Positions 50,752-61,261 of a DNA stretch of 64,000 nt are shown here, one piece after another. The position numbers and the translations under genes were made by a program. The notes under the pieces were generated by a model. It was given only the letters and a program-made list of their open reading frames with translations. It was not told the origin of the DNA and searched no databases. The DNA is taken from positions 124,937,741 through 125,001,740 of the forward strand of contig CM041465.1 of assembly GCA_023213395.1 (NCBI GenBank), read 5' to 3'. Numbering within the stretch: the first letter of the stretch is position 1; the number at the start of each line of letters is the position of its first letter. This DNA is from Cycas panzhihuaensis. Its lineage: Eukaryota > Plantae > Cycadophyta.

Positions 50752-51285
50752 CAGTTGTGGCCTCTCTTTTCCTCACACACAAAAATCTTCTAATACTAGG
50801 TAACCAATACACAATGGAGAATGTGATAGCAGGTTTGGATACTGATTGCTAAGAAATCTTCACTTCCACGCCTTTTTCAGATGCGAGCAACTGACTTTTC
50901 TATGTATCCAGTGGTTTTATCAACTGTCCAATAGTGGATGACGTCTCTTCCATAACTGGATTCATACAGTTGCTTTTCTTCATAACTGCAACTCTAAGGA
51001 CGACATCCTCTACTCTGAGCAGCCAGCAAAGACATCCACCAATTATAGCTTCTCTGAAGTTTCTCAACCCGTAGGTTAGGATTTCATAGACTGATTTCTT
51101 CAAGAAACCCTTAATACTTTAAACACAATCCTCAAGGTCTTAACTCTCATGGTCAAGAGAAAACTAATCAACAATTCCTTCACAAATATCAAGCAAAAGA
51201 CTTCATAAAGCCGTACCTCCTTCCTTGTCGAAAATTTGGTGAACCTGCACACAACACCCTTAATAGTCAACTTGCTCTGATACCA

Positions 51286-51688
51286 TGTTAGATTTTCAAC
51301 ATGGAGAGCATTCAACATTAAAACAAAACCACATGATCAATGAGCAAAGCATAAACTGTATTAACTCGACTCAAGGATGATTACATCAGAATACTATTGC
51401 ACCATAGACTCAACATGAGTCTCCATGATCGCTTGATCCCTACTCTACCTCAATCACCTATTTATACATCATAGGTGGGAATACATAAGTAAGGTGGGAT
51501 GCATGTGGGACAAAGATCGTTAAACTACCCAATGGCACTTCGCCTACTAACTAACCAATGACCTTCTAACTTCTCACATAATACATTATAATATATGACT
51601 CTTAGACCCTAACATAATACTTAGGACTATACATTAATGACCTTAAGACACCATGACACTTGATTACATTAAACATTATCTTCTAACA
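51286..51688 (-). repeat. 5' LTR of element I
   Basis: Adjacent to the PBS; aligns with 47582-47983. Confidence 0.95.
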
Positions 51689-51828
51689 TGTGCTAGAACA
51701 AGCAATGATTTAAAAAACTGAAAAAAAATATGAGCAGGGCCATCGAAAACAAGAATCAATAGAACAAAGAAATTGGCATGAGGAAGTGGCATATAAAAAA
51801 CCAGTGAAAATAGGAACTCCATACTTAC

Positions 51829-51869
51829 TTTTTCTAACTCTTCAATCACTTTAGAAAGGATAAAGGAAA
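51829..51869 (-). CDS. Candidate penultimate coding exon of the host gene (xSFILSKVIEELEK); acceptor uncertain
   Basis: Acceptor gccttctctag|TT and donor AAA|gtaagt; splices in frame to 46648, giving ...VIEELEK-IILLRGKVIRE.... Confidence 0.4.
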
Positions 51870-52353
51870 CTAGAGAAGGCATGGATATGTGCTCAAAAAT
51901 TAAAATATGCTTCCAATCAATGACGGTAACGTTGACAACAATTTTGATATCATAGAAATGCACTGTAGCATTACCCATCCCAGAGGTGCATTTTAGAACT
52001 TTGCACTAAAAGTTTCTAGTATTTTTGTCTATCACCAAACCACTGTGTAGCCATATACTCCTTTAAAGGGTGTTGTACCTATATCTGATGTACCCCATAT
52101 ACTAAGAGACCACATGGATACACCATGGATATATATCTTGGCCATACCCCATATCTAGGCTATACCAAAGTTTGTATCCAAGCCATATGTTAGATTGTCA
52201 TTGGTCATCATATCCAGAATACTTTTAGCATATCCTAGAATACTCCAATAAGATACGGCCCATAAAAAGGCGAAGAAATCAAAATGTGATCTTTATTGAT
52301 TAAAAAAAAGGGAAAAACAAAAAAGAAAAAAAGACATTTATAAGTTTTTAAAA

Positions 52354-52441
52354 TAGCTCCAAATTTGTTTATTATCTTATTTTCAAATTTAATGTATGTC
52401 ATATACTTATTTTCATATGTATATATATTTCTATATATTTT
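52354..52441 (+). repeat. 88-bp direct repeat flanking element H (second copy 58228-58315)
   Basis: tagctccaaatttgttt...ctatatatttt on both sides of H, with few substitutions. Confidence 0.9.
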
Positions 52442-55120
52442 TGCACACCCACATTCTTTCTCAGTGACATAACATTGTGACTTAAGGGTTAACATGACCC
52501 TTATGCACTTCTGCTCACTTGAGAGCCTAAAAGGACACGTCCTACATGCAAAGAATGTAGCTTGGATGTTTGACACTTGTCAAACATCTAGCACCTTAGG
52601 TCTCTTCTGTAACTCTATATATTGAGACCACTTCTCATGTATCTCATACAGTGTTTAAGTTGTATTGTTATACTGCCAATTTGCTAATCAAACTGATATT
52701 CATTTGAAGATTGGACCAATTCCATCTCCTCCACATTTTGGTATCATCTTGCTCATGCTTTTTCATGTTTAGTCTTTTATCTTGTTTACTTGATTAACCT
52801 TTCATTCTTAAGTGTTGATCTCTTTGATTCTAGAACTAGAGTTGAACATTCTTCTAGATCCTAGTTATTGTAGGCTAAATGCCATTTTCAACATTTGGTA
52901 TTAGAGCAGTAGAAGGATGTTCCTCTCTGTTTTGATTTCTTGCTTTCAAGAAGATCTAGTTAGAGTTTACAAACCCTTGGTGACGACCTTCACTCTCCAA
53001 AGGCGATCCAAGGTTTGTTTAAAGCATTTTCTGCAGTCCATCAACATTTTGGAGGTATTTTGCAACCTGAAGACTGTTTATATTGTGTTCTGAATTTTTT
53101 TTCTTAACACACTTTGTTGGGTGCAGCACTAATTGCTGCATTAGAACAAAGTTTTCTTTGTAAAAGGATTTATTTTTCAAGTTTTTTTATCACAATCTGT
53201 GAAATACAAGTAAGTTTAGTCTCAGATCTGCTTGTTTTTAGGCTTGAAGTACTTACCAAGTCTTAGATCTACTAGCTGAGACCATAGATCTATTGATTTC
53301 AACTCACTTGGCAACTGCTCTACCTTGAGATCCACTCCCTGTAGTGGAAAAATCTCTTCTTTTATGTTTGTAGACTACTTTGGGCTTGAAGCTAAGCCAT
53401 ACAAAGACGGCACTTAGCCTCTGCAGTGCTCCTCGGAGTAAGCTCTCAAGACTTTGTCTGTTGGGTGTACCCTCAAAACCCCTGGGAGCTCAAATCTTCA
53501 GTGTAGTTTTGTTTATGCATTTTGCTCTTCACTGGAGGTTAGCCATCATCACTTCGGGTCCCATGTGACCTCCGTAAAGTTGTATGACAACCCTAAGAAG
53601 TCGCACGACTCCTCTGATCATCCGCAGCTCGTGCGCCCTCCATCACATTCAACTGCTCCATTCTTCCTTTGTATGCAATGACATTATGTGAAACTTGAGT
53701 GAAGGCTTCATTGGAGGGGTGAGATCCAACCTGTGAAGTTTCAGACTAATCTGAGTAGCAAGGAAGAAATCCGATCAATCTCTGCGTGTTTGTGTGCCAC
53801 TCTTCACCTTCATTCGACCTGCGTTCACACTGCATACATCGAAAGTATGTGAAGAGACCACTTAAAATTATCGTACAGTCATTTGGAAGCCAAACCTAGT
53901 GTTAGTTTTTAGATCTGATCAATCGTTGGTATGAAAATTTGACTTATAACAACATGTTTCTTCGAAAATTTTTGTTTTCTAACTTTAAGTTATAAACTTA
54001 GGATATGAAAATTAGAATATTCTCTTTTTAATATATTTTCATTTCCTAATGTTTGTCTTTTAAAGAGTCATTTAATTGATACTTTATCAATTAAAAGATA
54101 TTTAATCACTTGTTTTAAATTTTTGAAGTCACTTTACACAAAATAATTTGCATTTGTATTGTGTGACCCATCAAATGATTTTTAAGTCACTTTCATTATT
54201 GTAAAATTAAAAAATCACCTTTTTAAGAGTTTTATTAAGGCTCCCTGCGTGGTGACCTAGTGCCCTAAGTTCAAAAAGGGGCTCAAAAATCACCTTTTTA
54301 ATAAAAAGGTCACTCTTTTTCGTGACTGATTAAGACTATTTTAAGTCCTAACACTTGGTGCCTAGTGCCTACATTGCAAAGTGATTCTTCTCTCATCTTC
54401 AAGTGATTATTTTCTATTAAAAAGAACCCACTTGAAGCATCCTCACTAGGAGGTTCATCATTTTTATTTGGGTGCTTAACACTTCTTTGATCTTTTGAAA
54501 AGTGTTTTCTTCTTAAACACTTAATGTGTTATATGTGATGTACTTAAAGTTTTTACTTGGATATCTTTAGCACTTTTTCTCACTTCTTTAAGTGTTGTGA
54601 AACACTCAAAGTGTTATATTTGATGTACTAAATTGCTTCTTCTTGAAGCCACATTTGTAAAATTTTAAGCATTCATTTTTCAAGTACATCATCCAAATAA
54701 AACTCATCTAAAGTAAACTTGAACACTCTTAAAAAGTATTTTAAAATCTAGTGGGAGAGGCCCGAAAAAGGTTCAAACCTTGCCTCTGAATTAGCCTTAA
54801 GCTTGGTGCATTCTCTAGGAGACCAACCAACCGTACGGTCAGTGCATAACAATTAAGATTTCTTGAGGGAAAGGAGATTCGAAAAAGGTGTTATTGGGGT
54901 TGTGAATCCTAGGGAAAGTATGGTACACCCATGCAGATCAACCCTACCTGCCTTTTCCTAGATTTGACTTAGTCAACCATTGAATCTCATTTATAGATTA
55001 GGGTTGGGCCAACTCAATAGCCTAGTCCTCCACCCCTCATCATTCTATTCAATTGTTAGATCTTTTAGTAAGATCAAGACTGTTGGCTTGTTAGAAGGTG
55101 GAACATAAGCAACGAAAGCT

Positions 55121-57883
55121 TTGAGTCTCCAAGTTCATCTGCTAGCCTTAAGACTACACAACTTCAACATGCCTGCTTTAAACATGCTCAACGCATGTAC
55201 CATAAAATTAACAGGTCAAAATAATTATCAAGAATGGAGGAAGAAAACACAAAACCTATTGATAATGAATGAATTTTGGGGTTATGTTTCTGGAAAAATT
55301 CCCCAAGCTATACCTGTGGAAGATGATGGTATTGTTGTTCATCCAAATCCAGTTTATGTTGCTACTTGGGAATCCAAGGATGAAATTGCCTTGGCTTTCT
55401 TACATATGATTATTGATGTTCATGTTGATGAGAATATTGTGTGTGCAAAGACTTCAAGGGAAGCTTGGGACACTTTGTCCTCATTGTATGAAAGACGAGA
55501 TAAAGCTTGCATTATATTGGTGAAAGCAAAATTTTATTCTTTAAAATTTATCAAGCCTATGTCGTCTTTTTTATTTGTCATCAAAGAAATTTATAATGAA
55601 TTAAATACATTAAGCAAACCAGCTTCCAGAAACGAGTTTGTAACGACAATTATCCATGCATTGCCTAAGGATTATAATGAATTTATATCATCCATTACAC
55701 GAGATGGCTCACTTTCAAGTATGTCCTTCAATCAACTTGAAAGTTTGTTACTTCAAGAGGAGCAAATTTATATCAACGAAGATGATAAGCCATCCACATC
55801 AGGAGCATTCATGGCCAAGTTGAAGGCCAAGCAAGGTCCCAAACCTTCACTCACAAAACAATTTGGGAATATAAACATTGGCTCATCAAAGGCCAATGTC
55901 ATTTGTCATTATTGTGGCAAAGTTAGCCACATAGCTCCTGAATGCAAAAGGAAGCAAGCCGATCTCCAACACACATGGCAAGAATTGTGTCAAGAACATC
56001 GAGGCGAATGACCTCATCAGTAGTTCTAACAACTGTAACACTTTCAGCAACAGCAACCGCATCGACCAAATTAAGGTGCATATTGAGAAGGTCAAAGAGG
56101 AAGGGGGGGTTTCAGAGGTGGTAATCAACGCTACTCCAATCAATTTGCATATGAGGATAAGCTCTTTTGTGCTTATCACACACCAGATGTTAATCAAACA
56201 TGGATCATCGACTCAGGAGCATCTCGTTATATGATAGGGAGTGAAAAACTCCTCTATGACATCAAAGAAGGAAAGGATCGATCAATGACCTTTGGAAACA
56301 ATGAATTAGTTCACATATCAAGTATAGGCAAAATTGCCTCATTTCACTCTCCTTCAAATCCCTCTTCTACATTTTTCACTAGAGATGCCTACCTAATCCC
56401 TTCCATGGAGAAGAGTTTTCTATCTGTTAGCCAACTGAACAAGCAATAGATGAGCATTTTAAAAATGAGAAATGTGTCATTAGTGACAAGTATGATCAAG
56501 TTGTAGCCATTGGTCAGGAAGACCATGGACTTTATAAGATGGATGTTAATAATATAACCCTTGATTCTGCTTACTCTGTCACTCAATCATTGTCAAAGAT
56601 GCAACTTTGGTATCAATGTCTAGACCACTTAAGCTTAGACAATGTCAAGCTAGTGATGAGCAAAAACATGGTGCATGGGCTTCCAAGACTGTATGGTTCA
56701 AAATACCTTTGTGAAGCATGTATAATGGGGACACAACATCGATTGTCTTTCCCTAGAGGCAAAGCATCGCATGCGTCATATCCTTTGCAGTTGATACATT
56801 CAAATCTATGTGGACCTATGTCCACGACATCCTTTGTAGAAGCATTGTACTACATCTCCTTCATAGATGATTTCTCTCACAAAGTTTGGGTCTACTTCAT
56901 CAAATAAAAATCTGAAGCATTCCAAAAGTTTAAAGAATTCAAACTTGAAGTGGAGAATGAATTTGGCCATTCAATCAAGATTCTAAGGTCAGATAATGGA
57001 GATGAATTCACTTCAAAGGAATTTATCCAATTCTGCAAGGATAACGACATTCATAGACAGCTAACCATTCCTCATACTCCTCAACAAAACGCAGTTTCCG
57101 AACGGATGATCAGAACTTTGGCAAAGAAAGCCAAAGCCATGATGCATGCAAGAGGACTAACATGCACATATTGGGCAGAAGCATTCCCCACAGCTGCCTA
57201 TGTGGCAAATCAGAGTCTTACATCAACAATTGTCGACATCACACCAAAGGAGGCTTGGTCTAGCAAGAAGCCTACCGTCAATCATTTAAAACATTTGGGT
57301 GCACTGCATATATGCACATCCCCGATTAGCAAAGAGCTAAGCTAAATAAACATAGTCTAAAATGTATTTTTGTAGGCTATACCATTCACAACAAGGCATA
57401 CAAATTGTATGATCCTGTTGGTAAGAAAATGCATCTCTCAACAGATGTAATCTTAGTTGAAGATGAACACAAGGAGTTGGAATCAACATCCATCCAACCT
57501 CCTCTTAACAAAGGCAAAAAGATTGTTGAGGACTGACTTCCTTCTCAATCTTCAACACCATGTACATCATCTGCACCAGCTAATCCTTCTACTTCATCAG
57601 AATCTGCTCCACTTAATCCCAGCACATCTTCTGTTGATTAACCACTCTAACTAGAAGATCTTGAGGTGCAAGTCACATCAGTTAAAAAGTTGCCCAAATG
57701 GTATACTCAGACTGTTCAAGACAACGAAATCATTGATAGAAAGCGTCCATCAAAATATCAACAGTAAACCAATTATGCACTTATGGCTGAAGTGTTACGT
57801 ATTGATGAGCCTTCCACTTTTGAGGAGGCATATGAAAATGAAAATTGGAAGACTGCCATGGATGAAGAAATTCATTCTATTGA
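55121..57883 (+). pseudogene. gag: Copia gag-PR-INT and RT start of element H
   Basis: 296-aa gag ORF (KLTGQNNYQEW...CHYCGKVSHIAPEC); WIIDSGASRYM; LCEACIMG...HSNLCGPM...FIDDFS; LRSDNGDEF...TPQQNAVSER. Confidence 0.93.
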
Positions 57884-57985
57884 ATTGTATTGTTATGCAT
57901 TGTATTGCCAGAATGTTATGCATTGAATTGTATTGGCAGAATGTTATGCATTGAATTGTATTGTTATGAATTCTAATAAAAATTC
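57878..57985 (+). repeat. Templated filler DNA at the deletion junction of element H
   Basis: Iterated attgaa/ttgtattg/ttatgc/gccag units copied from both sides of the junction. Confidence 0.8.
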
Positions 57986-58637
57986 TGTTTAAGTTGTATT
58001 GTTATGCTGCCAGTTTGCTGATCAAACCGATATTCATTTGGAGATTAGACCAATTCCATCTCCTCCACATTTTGGTATTATCTTGCTCATGCTATTTCAT
58101 GTTTAGTCTTTTATCTTGTTTACTTGATTAGCCTTTCATTGTTAAGTGTTGATCTCTTTGATTCTAGAACTAGAGTTGAACATTCTTCTAGATTGTTGTT
58201 ATTGTAGGCTAAATGCCATTTTCAACATAGCTCCAAATTTGTTTGTTATCTTATTTTCAAATTTAATGTATGTCATATACTTATTTTCATACATATATAT
58301 CTTTCTATATATTTTATATGTAGTAGATTTTGATCCAGGGCACTTGGAATGGTTGAGGGATGGCTCCAGGGACGGTGGACAGTTGAAAGCCCAGAAGAAA
58401 TCAAGTATTCCAATAAAACTAGTGAAGTGACAATTAGTGGACAGTTTTGGAACAGTTCCAATATGCAAGGGACAATTGTAAGCCACAATACCAACTCTCA
58501 AGGAATGGTTCCAAAGCACCTCAACGACAGTTCAAATTGCATCAGAATGGTTGTGGAACGGTGGATGGTTCTTGGGACGGTTCAATGCCTAAGAGCCAAG
58601 CATCATGATTTTAAGGACATACAAATGTACCCAACAA

Positions 58638-60284
58638 TGTTAAATATTGTTGATTAGGGATTTTGTGTTATGAATGGCCAAGAGTCATGATATAAAAGTT
58701 GTACCCTTTTAGGTTTTGGCCATGTAAAACTATATTAAAGAGTTATTTCTCCTGTTGGTTCAACGATGAGAGTCGAGCAATTGAGTCCTACTGTATATTC
58801 TCAAGGATGAGAGCCAGACAATAAAAGTGATGTAATCTTCTCTTCAATGATGATAAAATATATAGGCTATGAGGAAATACTTGTGCATTTAAGTCTCTGA
58901 TATTGATTGCTTCTAGTGCGATGATAGATATGTTGCATATGTAAGGATGTTGTAGGTTGCTACATAAGTTGTCAATGTTTTAAAGTGCAGACAACATCAA
59001 GAAGGTGAAGAGGACACAAAATAGATATATTATTGGGCGGTTTCGAGACACTGGTGGGCCAAATATCTATTAACATTGGTTTCGTTGCTAAACCCTTTTG
59101 AGTAGAAAATAACCTAAGGCTTTAAGGCAAATGAGAGTGCATGTATAAAGATCAAAAGCCCCTAGTTGCCATCATGATGGCAATTTCTAACTAAACCACG
59201 ATAGCCAGGGGACCTTCTAATGCCACCTAAGAAGCCTTTCGGGAATAAAGTACCAGAATCTAGTCATTAGAGGGCAATGTGTTGTGCAAAAGAGAAACAA
59301 ATTAAGGCAGGTGCACAAGAGGGGTTCACCGCTAAGAGAAAAAATTAAAGAATAATCTAACGAAAGTGGATAGACAACACCACAAACAACCATAAGTGAA
59401 GAAGGCATTATGATAGATGAAACTACACCCAACATATTTGACCTATAAGAAGCTTTGGTAGTAGGGGAAGACCTAGAGCTGGAAGAAAACCGAAAGAACA
59501 TAAATGATAAGGAAGATAAAGCAAAAGGAGGCCTCCAGACAATTTGGGAACATTATTTCACAAGCAAGTTATTTAATACACCACCAAAATCTAACAAAGG
59601 GACACTTATATTCAAAACATCATTAGCAATACAAATACCAAGAGAAGGGTAAATACAAGTAAAGATCCCTAGTATTAACCCATTATTTAAGGAGAAGGAA
59701 TAGACAATGCTAGAAGGAGGGTTGTCACTTAAACTTGATAAAGGAAAAAGTATCAACACCTAGGACACTTACCAATATGGCATTTTCAAGTTGTTACAAC
59801 AAGAGTGCATTCAATCATTTGAAGTTTGATGGATCCATAGAAGTAGAAGAATATATGTACCTTTTTAACAATCTGATTGAGGCACAAAATATTACAAGTG
59901 AAAAAGATATCAAGGGAATGCTCATAAGTGTGCTAAGAGGAGTACCACTCGTATGGTACAAGGAAATAGATGGAAGTAGTAAGTCTTGGCAAGAAATTTC
60001 TAATGTCTTTAAGGAGAGATTCTAGAAACTAAAAAACAATGAAACCGTACTCCAAGCACTTGGGAAAATAAAACAATAGCTAGGAGAATTAATATTAGAT
60101 TGCTCTAGCTAAACGTCTGAAATAGTGGCTAACATTATCAATAAAGATAGGCTACCGAATTTCATGCCAAAGAGTTATTTCATAAATGGGCTAAACCAAA
60201 ATGGAGAAATACCCTACAACAAAGACTAAATAAATCATTCACCAAAACAAAGGAGTTGGCTTTAAAATTTGAAAAGGAGTTAGA
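58638..60284 (+). mobile_element. gag: 5' LTR (58638-59075), PBS and gag of a non-chromovirus gypsy element (Athila/Tat-type; element K), interrupted at 60285
   Basis: TGTTAA...TTAACA LTR; PBS tggtttcgttgc (tRNA-Asp/Glu-like, not iMet); gag KFDGS...LRGVPLVWY...SWQEISNVFKERF (59735-60025). Confidence 0.75.
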
Positions 60285-61261
60285 TGTTGAAGACCTTGGT
60301 ATTTGTTTCCCACAATCTAGAAGTTTCACAGTCATTGTGCCAATAGGTAAGTGCAAGTATGTGCTTCTTCCTTTCTAGTTTAGCTTAGATTAGTTCTTTT
60401 ACAAGTGTGTGTTGTTGTTTGCTTGTTGGTCTTTCGAATGAATGTGCCTACATTTAGTCAATGATGAATCCCACCATGGTCGGTGGCTTAACAATTGTCC
60501 ATCCAAGCTCGATGGGTTAAAAACGGCCTTTCAGTATCTCTGCAAGTCACGTTTCGCCCTTCTTTTCTCATGTTTGCAACACTACTTTGCTTAGTTTGCC
60601 CTTTCGGACATCCCTTTTTTATGCATTTTCATCCATCCCGCTATGATTTTCGTTTGCCCCGCTCTATTTTTTGCCCATACCGTTCTAATTTTTGCTATCT
60701 TACTTTGATTTCTATTTGCATTTGCATAAAAAGAAATTTCCACGATACCATGAAGTTCACCACAATACCGCAAAAACATAAACTTCACAGTATTGTGGCA
60801 AACTTCGCAAAACCAATTTTTTCACTTTGAAATTTTTTTAGCCTGTGGTTGGTCATGTATTTATGGCACCTAACCGCAAACCAATCAATTAGATTCATCA
60901 AAACCATGGACTGCCCATGGGTTTTGATTGAATACCATAGGCCAATTAATGCTCTAGCATTAATTAGCACCAAAACCAAGGGAAATTTGCCCGTGGCTTT
61001 GGTCCATGGTGTTTTGGCAATCTATGGGCCCTAACCTTTTAATTTTCTATTTATACGCCTCCCATTTCATGGCGAGTGAGAACCAAAATCTATAATGTTA
61101 TGCTATCGAAATGCTACGAAATCTAGGTAAAATTTTCTTTGCACTCAAATTTGATCGTTGGCTTCCTTATTTGTCTTGGAGATTGAACACTAGTTGTTGT
61201 TGGAGCACTCTCCAGTTGGAGTGGAATGTCATTGGCATCCCTCTATCATTAAGAATTGGGG
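60285..61261. mobile_element. LTR-like segment starting TGTTGAAG, joined to a truncated copia RT
   Basis: Abrupt TG start interrupting the gag of K; non-coding, CpG-retaining; contains a hairpin cluster. Confidence 0.45.

Larger units (their letters stand above)
47582..51688 (-). mobile_element. Non-autonomous copia-derived LTR element carrying captured host gene fragments (element I)
   Basis: LTRs 47582-47983 and 51286-51688 (TGTTAGA...TCTAACA); perfect TSD tgtgc; perfect tRNA-iMet PBS (gctctgatacca 51274-51285); PPT cctcccct; gag, PR and RH C-terminal remnants; no INT or RT. Confidence 0.95.
52442..58227 (+). mobile_element. Ty1/copia element with RT/RH/PPT deleted and a truncated 3' LTR (element H)
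   Basis: 5' LTR ends ttttcaaca at 52893 followed by PBS tggtattagagc; 52652-52893 aligns with 57986-58227; coding stops at WKTAMDEEIHSIE (~57883). Confidence 0.9.

Noticed and set aside
52040-52350. Defined DNA transposon spanning 52040-58610 around element H
   Set aside because: Repeated gatac/gtatc and gacggt motifs suggest MITE-like DNA, but the two sides differ and no TIR or TSD was found.
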